From Sphagnum compactum (Eukaryota), in NCBI GenBank assembly GCA_965153455.1, contig OZ234493.1, positions 7,430,213 through 7,494,212 of the forward strand: 64,000 bases of DNA, in the 5' to 3' direction. Positions 37,881 through 54,729 of this stretch are shown here, piece after piece. How positions within the stretch are numbered: the stretch's first letter is position 1; the number at the start of each line of letters is the position of its first letter. Under the pieces are notes generated by a model. It saw nothing but the letters and a program-made list of their open reading frames with translations, searched no databases and was not told the origin of the DNA. The position numbers and the translations under genes are program-made.

Positions 37881-40309
37881 AATGTGGGTGCTGGTTAATG
37901 AGTTTTTTGACATTTATTTAATCATAACATGGTACATAAGTTAAAATATCGACTTTTAACATGTTGAAACCATCATTTAAGAGTTACATTTTACACTTAT
38001 CGTAATTTAATAAAACACATGTAACAATTTAAAACCCCACACCTGGCCCTCTGACCAAGAACCCACAAAAGGGGGCTGATGGTTGTCTCTGATAGCAAAT
38101 TCTGTGAAGGTGCTGAGAGATAGGAAGGTGGCGCAATCATCATGAGTGATAACTGGTAGTGTTGTGAAAATGGGTTGAAGATTTATGTTGACATAGAAAT
38201 AATTTCTCACTATTTTTTCCTTGATTCCATACTTTTCCTGTTTGGGTATACATTGGGTCATTGATATTAAACATAGTGACAGTTGGGTTATTGACTCGTG
38301 CAAACTTCAGTCGTCAATGTTGAATGTCACTTTTCATGAAAGTTCACAATATCAAAAGGTGTATTGCAGTCATAGCTGCAACACAACCAGTTCCAATACA
38401 TTTCCATGCATTATATATAATGGCTTTCATTCAAACACAAAGCATTGGCCATGTCTGTGTTTTCCATGAGGATTTGCCAGGTTCATTGGGAGGTCTCGTT
38501 TGCCATGTTACACACCCATAAAAGCGTGGCACATTTTTATTTTAAGTGTACTTAGAGTCCCATGTTAACAGGTGAGTGAAACTAAGTGCACGATGATGGT
38601 GGGGTTTATGGGTTTAGGGTTTCCCATTTCCTATCCACTTCCCTGCTTGTGGCTAAAGCTTTCAGGTGTAGTAGGCCTTCCTGAGATCAGGCCCATGCTT
38701 GGCTCTGCCTTGTGCAGGCCCTTATTCTAGTAAAGCCCAAATGGTCTCATGCTTTACCTACCGCGGAATATATCCCATCCAGGTAAAGATGAAAAGCAAA
38801 ATACGCAGAGGCCCAGAGGCTGAAGAGAGGGCAGGGGGAAGGCAAAGCTCAAAAAAGGGGGCCTAATTAAACTAAAGGCATGTTAACCCCTGAAAGTCAG
38901 ACAGGCCCAATATGGGCTGGTTTTTTTTCTTAAAAGTGTAAATTCACATTCTCCTAATGTTTAGGGATTAAACACTCAAATCTCTCAAATTAACTGGTTG
39001 AGCTTGTTGACAGGAAACAAGCTCTTCAATCTTGTTGTTGTTTTGGGTGCTCTTTGGCCCAGCAAATAGTCAGAGAGAGTGTTTGCATGTGTTTCCAAAA
39101 TTTCATTACTATTTTGTCCATTAATATGAGCGGTGTGAACAAGCAGCTGGATGTTCAACTCCTCCCTCAAACTTCATGGGTGTCGTCAACATGATGCTGC
39201 ACACAATTCTGCCTGAACAATTCAGGCACTTGCGAATTGGCGAGGAGGCATGGAGCGAGCACCCACAAAAATTAATGCGCAGTCATTATAAAATAGTGTT
39301 TCATCTCATCACTATTCACATACAAAACTCAACCACATGTGTGAATGGCATTACTGAAATAGTGGGTTTGTAACCAATCATCATTATAACGGAGCACATG
39401 CAGCGCATAAACGTGCATTTGACTTGCTGAGTTTTTGATCACCTGACAATTAGCGTTTCATGTAATAAAATGTTTACTATGTACCAAAGAGTGGGCTGTC
39501 GAGGGCGGATGGATTGTGTCAGATGGATTACCAAGTCCAGAATCCAATCCACTGTCTTCAGCCCCCTCTTTGCCAGGGAACATTGTTGCAATGATCTGGA
39601 ATGCCCGAGCCTCAAAATTAGCCGATTGATTCAATTCTGTAGCGGTAAAACAGAGTTGAAAAATGGGCACCAGCCACAAAATTGGCAAGCTTGGCCAATT
39701 CTGTAGAAGTAGTAAAGAGTTGAAAAATGGGCCAAACCTCGTTTGGCAAGCCCTGAGTTTAACTAAGTAGGTAAAGTATTTGATGGCTCCGAGGTAGTTA
39801 AGCTAGATGCATGTGGATGATGGTTTTAGTACATAGCTAAACAGGTGCAGTTGGTCGACTTGGGGGTGCTAATGACTTGTCTAGTTCGGTCTGCATGCTG
39901 CTATTATGCTTTTATAAAAAAAATTGTTAAATTGTTATATGCTTTTATAAAATAAATTGTTAAAATTGTATAGGACACAAATACAATGAAAAATAGTTTT
40001 CATCCACATGTCATCCATCCTGCATGATCTCCTCTGGCCATTACTAGGTGCAGATTCCACTGATCTCTCATTCAGAAAGGAAGGCCATCTAGGGTGGGAG
40101 GGCCACTCGTATTTTCTGGGTACATGGCCTTGCATTTAGAGGATATTATTTTGGTTACCTAATTATAAATTAAAAAATAATTTATTTTTTCATTCTTATT
40201 TAGTTATAAATATTACAGCTTTGAAAATTGACAACCATTTAAACCCATTTATAAATGAAAACGAAACTTCATTATATCTTTTCAAAAGCGAGCTTGGTTT
40301 AATTTATAA

Positions 40310-40389
40310 ATTTATTTTCCAGATTCTTTTGAGCTTGGGACTTCATTTATTTTCCAGATTCTTTTGAGCTCGGGACTTCATTTATTTTC
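40310..40389. repeat. 35-bp tandem duplication
   Basis: atttattttccagattctttttgagct[t/c]gggacttc-type unit occurs twice. Confidence 0.85.
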
Positions 40390-40810
40390 AAATAAAAATA
40401 AAAATTTACCTCCAAAAGTAATAATCAATACCTTGTTTTGAATTTCAACATCAATTTTATAAAAAATGTAATGAATTTGTGTCCAAGTCTAGTCCTGACT
40501 GGCACACCTTAACTGATTTGCAAGCTGGTTCACACAGTTGTTGTTTCCTAGATGATTATTTGTTAGTTTCCAGGTTTAACTGGATGATCTCACCCCCTAT
40601 CTATTTTGTAATTTAAAATTCCTCAAATATATTTCCTTACAATGAGGATTTTCTTGTTTGCTCCCCACGCCCCCCAAATAAAATAAAATAAAATAAAATC
40701 ACTCAATTTGTCTAGTCTACAATTTTTTAAAAAGCATACAATTAAAAGAAGTGTTCACTACAAACAATGAATTTTAGAGACTGATCAATGCTTATGTTCA
40801 CTAGAGGTTC

Positions 40811-40947
40811 ATCAATGGAACTGGACACAAGCAAAATTATGAGGATTTGGGTATATAAATGAATGGTGCACAAATTTGATCAATGGAACTGGACACAAGC
40901 AAAATTATGAGGATTTGGGTATAAATTAATGGTGCACAAATTTGATC
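40811..40947. repeat. Tandem duplication of about 68 bp just downstream of the WRKY stop codon (probable 3' UTR)
   Basis: atcaatggaactggacacaagcaaaattatgaggatttgggtat...tggtgcacaaatttgatca occurs twice. Confidence 0.9.
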
Positions 40948-40998
40948 ACAATGATTAATGTAATATAGACCTAGATTAGCTAAACTTGGTAATTTTAA

Positions 40999-44431
<3,433 letters not shown>

Positions 44432-45645
44432 ATATATAAAAAATTACAAGCCTGAACCCTCGATCACTGTACTCCAAGCTTGTTGTCGTGACTACTGCGA
44501 GCTGGAATATACAGCCGTCTTTGACACACCCTGCAGTAGAAGACAAGATCATGAAGATTCGCAAAGGGAAAATCAAAATTATAGGATCTGAGCTAGCTAG
44601 ATCTAGATAATTCATCATCAGGATTCAACCTAGGCGCCTGCAAGCCGCAGGGCACAATCTATTGATCATTCTTCATTAGATCAGAAGCAAATTGTTTCTG
44701 GGGGAAAGTTCTGATATGTATAAAATATTGTTCAAAGATCTATTGTACAAAAAATTTGGTGCAGGTCATGAGAAGTACCTGGGGAAGAAATCACGTACGA
44801 GTCCGGGGTTTTTTTTTTCTTTTCTTCTTTTTTTTTGCAGACCTCCAATTTCAGAAAGAAAATATTGTGCTCCAAAACTTCATGAGCCAAACCTTCAGAA
44901 CCATGGGATTACCCTATAATATGTCTTTCCTGCTCAACTTTCTTTCAGCTGGAGCATGTGATCTATGACATTAACTTACCGATCGACGAGACTTGTCACT
45001 ACCGCGACAACAAATACATGATCTAGATTAAGACCCAATTATTACCTCCAAGAAAAAACTATGATTCATAGTAATTCATCGTCATCGATCAAGCTAAAAA
45101 CTTTTGCACGCAACCTTCCTTTCATGAAGTTCGTGATCACAATTCAATAGATAACACAATCTCAAGAACTGCAGCAGCTTGCTTGCTTGCTTAGAGAACA
45201 AGTTTAAATGATTTGTTCTTTGCACTACTTGCTATCTGCACTAGTAGTAGTTGCAGAGGTGTGTTAGGTTAGCTGCCCAGTTAAAATCTTGATAGCTGTA
45301 GAGCCAAACATGGTACAGCAGCTCGTCCAACAAAACTCTCAGCAAAGGAAAGCAACGAGAACTTTATACGGGTTTGAATCTACACTAGACGTAGTTAGGC
45401 CGGTGGATCAATACAAAAACAACAAGAGCTCTGAAATACCGAGTAGCTAGGTGGCTAGAAGAAGTTACAACAGTTGTGAATTAGCTGCCATGCAACTAGA
45501 TGTATTATTATTAAACTGGACCAGCTTAAAATATGAAATATCAGCTTCTCTTTTCTATGAAGAAAGCTGCTGATCAAAAGCAGCTGCAGCTAGGATCATG
45601 AACAGTTAGCTAGCTAGCTACAGGACTTCCTGCAAGAGAGGCAAT

Positions 45646-45670
45646 TTGACTTGCAATAAACACAAGTCAA
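45646..45670. promoter_or_regulatory. Inverted pair of W-boxes upstream of the WRKY gene
   Basis: TTGACTTG-caataaaca-CAAGTCAA: two TTGAC(T) cores forming a perfect 8-bp inverted repeat with a 9-bp spacer, about 1.2 kb 5' of the ATG. Confidence 0.5.
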
Positions 45671-46944
45671 TTTGGGTGTACTGCCTCGATTCTTTCACTC
45701 AGTCTGCCCTCTGCCCTATTTGCTTTTTACCTTGTGATACCTAAACACGCTTTGATTCCATGTTTTGGACATGTTATGGGTGTTAAGAATGGTACTTGAC
45801 ATGCCACTGAGCATGTTATGTGACCTTTGAGAATATTCACAACATGAATGATTACGAGTGTAAAAAATTGACGTGCCCCAGTATCATCCAATTTTGTTTT
45901 AGAAAATATGAATGGGGGCAAAGGGCAGACTGGGGGAAAAGAGTCCCAGCAATACTTTTGTACTGACTGCATTTACAATCTTAGGCCGATTTCACATCTT
46001 CCCAGCATGACCAACCTGCAGATCAGCTCGAACTCTTTACAATCCCAAATACTGATAATATTCGAAGCTGCTGGTGCTGGAAGACCTGTTTCTGTTTCTG
46101 GGTTTTACAATTTACATCTTTTATAATTTATTAAATCTGCACAGTTGGGTTGGGGTTTGAATCCGGACTAGTCTCCATCTTCGTAGACCTAGTAGACTCG
46201 AAGACCGACCAGCTACCTTATATTATGTTATGTATATCATATTTTTATGTTTGATCTAATTAGCTAGCATCTGCAGTTTGCAATTCATGGCTTCAACATT
46301 GGAGGCAGCAATTCTCCTTCAGCTAAGCAGAAGAAGCAGCGAGACTCCAGTCCTCGTGCCTGTCTGCTACGTCAGCCGAATCCTCGCCGCATGACCCTCC
46401 TCCCAGGAACGACCCACCATCCACGAGACGACCGTCTTCCGTCCCAATTACTTGATTACTTGCAGGAAGGTTCTTTTCTTTTCTTTTCTTTTCTTTTCCT
46501 TTTTTGGTTTCTCTCTCTCTTTTATTCAAGAAAAAGCACATTCCAGAAACATGAGCTGCCAGCAACTTCTTACCAATTGTACATTCAAAGTCAATTGGAA
46601 TTTTTTTTTTGCTTTAGATTATATATTTACATCCTATTCCACATTGGAACTACTTCCAGGGGTTTTCATTTTGGGCTAAATTTAGCCAGTTGGCTTTTTC
46701 TGCCCTTTTCTCTGGTTTTTTTTTCAAAGTGGCTAGAATTCTGTATTTGTTATGGGTTGTTTACTAGTTGCCGATTTTTGGAATGATGCCCAAAACATGA
46801 CTTGGATGCTTAAACCTTTTATTAAAAAACTTTCTTTTCCTGTTTCTATAGCCAAATGTGGCTGAAATGTCTTACCCATCATCTCCACCCGCTACATTAA
46901 TACACAAATGAGAAAACAAGAAACTATGCTTACAACACCTTGAG

Positions 46945-47440
46945 CCGAGTAGGGTGAGACGCATTTTCTCAAGTGGTAATGGTTTCATCAGGGCCATTGC
47001 CACAGATTATATTCTGCTGACCAAGACCGATAGCTTGAGACGCCATTCCATCAGGTGCTAATGGGTTCCACAAGGGGACCTTAAACCGTGGATTATATAG
47101 TGACGCATAAGTCAAGCCCAATAGGGTGAGACAATGCTTGATTATTACTGTTGTGATTGTCTTGGTTTTCCTTGCATGTGTCTACATTTGCTTAGACAAA
47201 TGGCCCGTACTTTTTTTGGATGAATTTTCATCCTTGTTTATATATATACAGGGTTCTCATCCAATAAGGTGAGACAATATTTCATCATGTGGTAATGGAT
47301 TCTACAGATGGGCCTTTTCTGCAGATTATAATTTTGACCCACATGTCAAGCCACCCAGTAGGGTGAGGGTGAGACATGTTGTAGCCAGTGGTGGTTCAGG
47401 TTCCACTCGGACCTTTTTCCTGGATTATATTGTGACCCAC
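46945..47440. repeat. Diverged tandem array of units of about 85-100 bp upstream of the WRKY gene
   Basis: Recurring order tag(g)gtgagac ... gtggtaatgg ... gattata...tgacc; about four complete units plus one partial. Confidence 0.7.
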
Positions 47441-47959
47441 GGCCTTGGGTGAACCAGCACCCACCAGTGCACCAATGTGGATGGATGATGCATCAATGGA
47501 TGTACCTTTTTCGGCCCTGGGCTAACGAAGGTGGTGAACTCAAGTTGACCTTTTATTTTTTCCTTCCTTCAGCCCAGGCTGGTTTTGTTTTGGGGAACTT
47601 TTTTTTTCCTCACCCCCCACACCTGCCCAAGTCTCACCTTCCAACCGACATTTAGACTACCTGCCTATGCACTCTGGCCTCCTCTCTTCCCCCACCTACC
47701 TACCCACCAGTGCACCCACCCAACTACTTACCTATCCACCCACACATCTACCTACCTACCCACCCATCTACCTAGTTAATTATGTACCTACACATTAAAT
47801 CTCCACCAAGGGCAATGATGACACAGGCCAATGAAGATATTGTAATATACCACGTATAGATTATTTTGGCACCCTTCCTACCTAGGTTAGACCTCGCAAC
47901 TCCGCAACTGCCCAAAATAATGTTGTAATGACCCAAATGAGGATATTGCAACTAAACTG

Positions 47960-48500
47960 AATTTTATATCCAACACATGCATTACTTTCATTAGGGTAAT
48001 GCAAATGTACTGGATTAGTTTCTTGTTTTATAATAATCTTAAGCCCAATTGAAACAATTATTTCATCTTGAATCTACTTCATTGGTGCAATGCTTTCATG
48101 TGTTACCAAAAATAACATATCCAACCTAATTCCCATGTGCATTACCTAGATCAAGGTAATGCAAATGCATTGGATTAGTTTGTTGTTATGCAATTCCCTT
48201 CAGCCTAGTTGAAATTATTTCATTTGTTATAATTGAACAATGCAATACCTTGAGGACATATTGGAAATAACTTATGCAACCTAATTCACATGTGTAGTAT
48301 CCTCATCAAGGTAATGCAAATGCACTAGAATATTTTGCTATTATGCAACACCCTTAGTCCCATTTGGATTTATTGCCATTTCATAAAAATCATTAATGCA
48401 ATACCATATGACATATTGGTAATGCCTTATCCAGTCCAATTCACCTATGCATTACCCCCATCAGGGTAATGCAAATGCACTATATTAATCTACTATTTTG
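47960..48500. repeat. Diverged tandem repeat, period about 157 bp, 4 units each with a GCATTAC-n-GTAATGC palindrome
   Basis: gcattactttcattagggtaatgcaaatg (47979), gcattacctagatcaaggtaatgcaaatg (48139), gtagtatcctcatcaaggtaatgcaaatg (about 48294), gcattacccccatcagggtaatgcaaatg (48449). Confidence 0.85.
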
Positions 48501-48510
48501 CAATACTATC

Positions 48511-49271
48511 AAGGTCCATTCATGATTGGGGTACCAAAAAGCTTAAAGGAGTGTTTGAATATTTAAGGATTGCAAAGGACAAATTTGGATTTTTGTTTGT
48601 TTTACATTATTGTAGTTTTAGTGGATTGTTGTATGTCAATAGATAAAATGATGTCTTGTTAAATTAATAAAAATATTTTAAAATGATATGGATACTATGT
48701 AAATGTCATTTTAGTCCTATAAACTAACTATATCAAGTGTTTAAACTACATTTTTTTTAAAAAGGAATCAAAAGAAATATATAAAGTCATACAATTGATT
48801 TCAAATTGTACAATGAAAACATGCCACCTTCTATGAAAATACATGTTCATTGGATGAACTTGATGAAAAACCAAATCATACAAAAATGTCAAATCTTGAA
48901 ATTTTGAAAGAAAGGGTTACAAGGCAAAGGACTCTTTTTTTTAACCATTTGACAAAAACATTATGTGCAATGGGTTCAAAATATCTAGCTTTAGGTGCAA
49001 GTCACATGTGCAAAAAATAATCTTGCCAAAAAACATGTTTGGTTGTCCATAGAAACTCATTTTGGGATTTTCTATGTTTCTGGCTATAAACCACAATATT
49101 TGTACACAATTATGTATGAATGTGAAAACTCACCACTATCACATGAATTATCTTAAATTGGACTAATCAATTTTTTTTACTTAAATTTGTTTCAAATAAA
49201 TGTTATTTGTAAAAAGTAGCCCCACAAAAGTCTTTTTGCCTTTTTTTGGTACCCCAATTGTGAATGAACCC
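48511..49271. mobile_element. Non-autonomous TIR element (MITE-like), about 760 bp, related to 15518-16268
   Basis: Left end ggtccattcatgattggggtaccaaaaa; right end tttttggtaccccaattgtgaatgaacc. The subterminal tgtgaaaa..caccac...gaattatc is shared with the 16110-16160 region. Confidence 0.7.
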
Positions 49272-52200
49272 ATCAAGGTTATTTTAGTTTATTTTATTCC
49301 ATTTAACTCATTGAATACCCATGGAAATTAATTGGGACTTTTGCATTATTGCATTACTTACATCTGATGATGTTAACCCATCATTTTGCATGTGAGTATT
49401 GTGAATAAATGATTAGGTTTCTTTTACAACTTGCTTTAATTTAATGAAGACAAATGTTTTGCATACCACATAAAAATAATTAATTAATTAATTAATCATC
49501 ACAAATGCATGAAGCATGGTATGTTGTTTTTGTAGTCCCTTCCTTCAAATCTAAAGCATTCCTTTACTCTCGAGTCCTCTTGCTACAGGAATTTGCATGT
49601 TTCAACATAATTTCATGTTAATTTTTCAACCAATTAACTAAATTGCCCAAGCCATCTTCCACTTGACTAAAGACCATGTCAGGGTGCATTAATTCATTGG
49701 CCTATGTGACATGAAGGTTCTAGATTTCTAATGCAACAATTCATTCATGTGATGTTACATGGTCACAAAATTGGACACTAATTAACTCTTTGCACTCATG
49801 AATGATTTGGCCATCTTATCTTGTAACTGAAATAGAGTTTGCTCCATGGGGGCAGATGACCTTTCGGCCTTGTGATTGTCAACATTATCATAAGAAAGGG
49901 GCCATTGTCATCCACCACCAATCTAGGCCACCACTATCTATTACATTAGCCCCTTCAACCATGTCTTCATTGTAACCCTCATCTTTCAAAGACCCATTAT
50001 CAACTTGCAAGTATGTCAAATCCGCAAACATTGCCTTGAACCCACCAAGGTCGGCCCCATACCATGTGCCACAATAGTCAATGATACTATCCAGAGTAAG
50101 GTCAGTCATGTCATGAAAAGGGTGAATGCATGTTATAGTGTAAACACAAAATTCTCATAGTTTAACAATTTTCAATACATGTGGAACTTTGATATATCAT
50201 GATGAATATTTGGAAAACATTTTGTAATTAAAATTTTCAATTAATGGTGATTTACATCCCAATATTTCATATATTATGAAATTGGAACAAATATGAACAA
50301 ATTAATTATTAATTGGAGTACATTTTCACTTTGCAACAATTTTGTCACAATGTTGCAATTGTAAAAAAAGACTACAAAGGACTAGATTTAATGGTAGTTT
50401 ATCCGTAAAATTTTACACATGTAAAAAGACAACCATGAAAACAAATCTTCTTCACCAAAATTTTCAATTTCTTTTCTTGAGTTGTTAAGTTCATATAAGA
50501 TGTTTTGGAAACTTTTGTTAATACATTATGTTATAATAATGATGATGATTGTGATATTTTTAAGTTTTAAAATGTTCTTCCATTGAATATGTAGTTGCGC
50601 TAAATGTTGTTTTTATCATTTTACATAAAAAGAATAGATTTTCAAAAGTAATAAAAAATGGTAATCTATTGTCAAATAAAGGTTCTAAATCAATTTATAT
50701 AAAATTATTGGTGTTATTTTACACAATGACACAACTACCAATCAATTACATATTGATGGGTTTAATGACTTATTTTATGATCCAAAAATATTGCATTGAG
50801 AATAAAAACAACCATTTTAACCAACTCGAACCATTAATGACAATAAAATGGTAGACCTTAATTTGGGTATTTCATTTTGACATATATGGAACAAGACATA
50901 CAGTGAAAGCATGGCAAAGTATGCCAAAAATATATCCTTCATGTAATCATGATCACATTTATGACATAAACATGAAAAAAACCTTTTCAAAACTTCCTTA
51001 ATTTTCATTATGAAGCAATCATGGTGCACTCCATTGAATTTATGGTTAGCTACACATAAAGTGTGAAGAATTTTAATGTAAGAAAAATGGATGGGAAATA
51101 TTTTAAAAATTGGCCAGGTTTTTAAATTTCAAACATAATTTTATATGAAAAATTTAATAAATTATGAGTATAATATGAAATTTTTTAAAAAACATTAATA
51201 CATATTACTGTTTCATCCAGTTGAAAGTATGAACAATCTAATTATAATTATTCTTTCATCATATTTTTCTATACTTGTTCAAAAGTGGGAAACATACTTT
51301 CTTGTATTTATATTTTTTTAAATGTAATTAAATGCATATTAAAACATGTAATCTTATTAAAATTTCCTCTTTAAAAACTAGGACTAGAATTCTTTTGTTC
51401 GATATTTGTTCCCATTTAATTACCTTTTAAATGTAGGGCACAATTAGTTGTTATAATTTTGTCATGTTTTGCATTTGTATATGTTTAAACTTTCTACATA
51501 TAATAAGGTTCAAGGCATGTATGATTTGGTAAAACCAAGGTAATAGGAGCCAATTTTGGCATAACCAATCCTTGGTTTTGATGTTCATATGTCTCATAAA
51601 CCAAGTTAATGTTGAAAGTATATGTTGTATTTATGTGAATCCCTTTCTAATATATTAATTTAACATAAAGTTTGAAAGGTAATCCAATAAATATAAAATA
51701 CCTTTCAGCACATTTTTAAACCTATAACCAGTGTTTTTCAACATAGTGAAATAGTGTAGAAGCATTGTTTCAACAACATTGTTTAACACTATCTCAAGAC
51801 TTTTCATCCAATCCTATGTTGCCACATCATTTTTTCAAAACTAATCATAGTGATTCAAGAGATTGCCGTTGGCTTTTATTAACTTGTTTTTACCCGATTA
51901 TGGATATTTAGGGTTTAGGTCTCCACCATTCAAAATGTTTCAGATTTATGTTATTCTTTTTTTCATTTTTTAATTTTCAAAACTAGAATTACTTTTGAAG
52001 TTCAATGCATAAAATGTGTTTCATTAAAAAAAATAAATAAATAAATTTTAAAAAGCTATTAGGTTTTAGGGCATAAAATACATTACAATTATTTAAAGTT
52101 TAGACCACTAGGATTATTTAGGCCTTTGGGGGTAAAGGTGTAATGAATTATGCGTTTATTTGTTTAGGATTGTGTTCTCAAGCCAATGTATGATTCATAC

Positions 52201-52924
52201 ATACATGACATTGCCAATCCCTAACGCAAATGGTATGTTTATCTCTCTTACTCTTGTTTTTTACATAGGTGTTTGTTTGCTCCCAGTTCATGAATTTTGA
52301 TCTCCATTCGATTGATTTAGCAAAATCATCAATTTGCATTAGGAATGGTTCACAATTGAAACATGGGTGTTGCATTTTTGGCCCCCATAAATAATATGCA
52401 TTTTACATTATGTGCATTTCGAATATTGAATTTATAGTAGCCATAATCAATATGGAGTTTAAGTCATCATGCAAGCATTATAGTGTCACTGACATAAGCA
52501 GGGTGGATTTTTATATCACATAATGGGTATTATATTTAAGGTGTCCAATGACAATGTCCAATTTATCGCCACATGCGAGTATTCCATTTATGCTTCCCCC
52601 CAAACAATGTCCTTTTAAAATAAACATGTGGGTATTGCACTTTAGGTTACCATGGGGAGTGTATTTTAGGGGCCATTTACATGTATTGCAAGGTTCATCA
52701 TCATATTTAATCAATGTATAGTTTATCTTTTGGTGTAGGAACACATGACATTATTCTTGAAACATGGAAGGACTCCAAAATCTCAAGCAATTGAAGTCCC
52801 ATTTTTGGTATGTTTATTGATCACAATTTTTTTTGTTTTATCATTTGAACCATTTTTTGCAATCTTGTTGTTGATTAGTTTTTTGGGTTCACATGATCTA
52901 ATTATGGCATTATGCATTGTGTTT

Positions 52925-53170
52925 TAGAATTATGGATAGTTTGGGTGCTTCATTCCAACCAAGATACACAAATGAACATTGAATCATACCACGATGTCCT
53001 CAAACATTGGTTTTCACTTGACACAAAAGGTTCGAGGGGGCGTAGGATTGATTGGTTAGTGTGGAGGTTGACAACAACCTCGCATGTCATTACATGCACA
53101 CAATGGAAATGAAAAGAAAAGGTTCATAAAGAATAAGACTATGGAAGCCATTATGAAAAAAAAAGTGGAG
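52925..53170 (+). mobile_element. MULE/SWIM-type transposase-related fragment
   Basis: HSNQDTQMNIESYHDVLKHWFSLDTKGSRGRRIDWLVWRLTT resembles the recalled 'N.IESYH..LK...RR.DWLV..L' segment of Mutator-like/SWIM proteins. It is short and is cut off by the LINE fragment. Confidence 0.55.
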
Positions 53171-53174
53171 AATG

Positions 53175-54100
53175 CAACTTTCATTAGAAGGAATCCTATC
53201 CTTTGCAACTAACCAATGATTAGAAGTTTTCAATCCCATGTTTTCATCTGCCTCAGATGTTTTTTCTTCTACATTGTGGATTAGAATAGGCCTTTCCCAT
53301 CCTTTAGTTCTTGGTCTAACACATTGCATTTGTGGTTAGCCGTTAAACCCCATGGGGATTCACTTCCTCTGTTACGCCCATGGTGGGGAGAAGATTGCAT
53401 CCCATGATGTTGTTCAAGATGTTTTTGTGTCCATTACGAGAGATGCAAGGTTTCATGTTTTGCAGGAACAAACCCATGTTCTCCCATCGCCTTCTCTTTA
53501 ATCTTTTCATTAGCAGGTCGACATTAAGTTTTGTCGATTGATGGCTTTTACACATTGGCCAATATTGTCATTGCTCACCCCATTTGAATAAACTTGGTAT
53601 CACGGGTGGCTTTTTTCACATGGGGTGGTTGTTTCACTAGTGGTTAAGATGAAAGGACTTTATTGCGACCATTCCCTAACGGATATGTTTCTCCCTCTTG
53701 CCATAGAGGTTTTTAGGTGTCTTCACTAGCACGCTAACAATTTTCTTTATTGATGTGCTAACATGACATGGATAGTAAAAGGCACCAAAAGCCCTCCTTT
53801 ATTGGCGTTGAATTTTTTTATAAACAAAGAATGTTGATAACATTATAAAGAGCACAAGCTGCCTCGATCTTGAAATGGGTTGTTATTGCAGGGGAAGGTT
53901 TTTTTAGGCTTGGAGTTTTATTGAATTTACCTCCCTTTTTTTTAGTTGATATGTTTCATGCGATTGGTGGAGGGTTTGGTTCTTAATGGTTCCCTTTCTT
54001 CCGAGTGGCCTACCTCTTTTAGGCTATTTGCTTGCCTGGACTTTGATCCTTGCCCCTTGTTTTTTTTCTTTCCCTTTTTTGGGTGTTTTTTTTAATATAA
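53175..54100 (+). mobile_element. 5'-truncated non-LTR retrotransposon (CRE/R2-like) 3' end: zinc knuckle plus restriction-like endonuclease, degenerate
   Basis: Translates as RIGLSHPLVLGLTHCICG*PLNPMGIHFLCYAHGGEKIASHDVVQDVF...ARFHVLQEQTHVLP, then QVDI, ANIVIAHP and MFLPLAIEVFRCL, the CCHC/RHD/PD..D..K layout of REL-endonuclease LINEs. Confidence 0.7.
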
Positions 54101-54729
54101 ATTTTGGCAAAATTTCATCATCATCTATCAATATTTAGCACCTCCAACTTGCAACGTTTGTCTTTTTTTCATCCCCCAATCCTAAACTTGCAAATATATA
54201 TTGAACAAAGTGAATGACTACTTAAGGCTCATTCCTTAAGTCAATCATAATGGTTCATGAAGAAAAAAAATCATTTCCTAGACCTCTTGATGGCCTTACA
54301 AACATGTTCACTTTTATCAACCCCAAGAAGTTTCACAATGTTTAGTTGTAAATCTTCATAAAAAATATTGTACATGGCATTTACTGTTACCGTTGGGCAT
54401 GCTTTATGATTAGTATGTGACTCATCACAAGTATTTCTCAACTTTGATTATTTAATTTTTTCCAACCCCACCTATAAAACTAAAATTAGGACTACAAATA
54501 GATGAAAATTACTAATAACAAACCACTTGAACCAATCAAAAATAAGGATTGACTATCACATCATGTTAGGTGTTCAACTTTGTTGTGCCTTTTACCAGCT
54601 TCAACAAAATATGCAAAATTGTTAGGCCAATACCATTTTGTTAAGCCAAACCAACAAATCTTTTATTTTTTCCATCCAATTTTAATGTGCATGATCACAT
54701 TTTGAGGATACCTAAAAATAGTCTAATGC

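Noticed and set aside
46945-47440. Repeat-and-variable-segment pattern resembling a CRISPR array
   Set aside because: The variable parts are homologous to each other and the conserved blocks are too short and degenerate.
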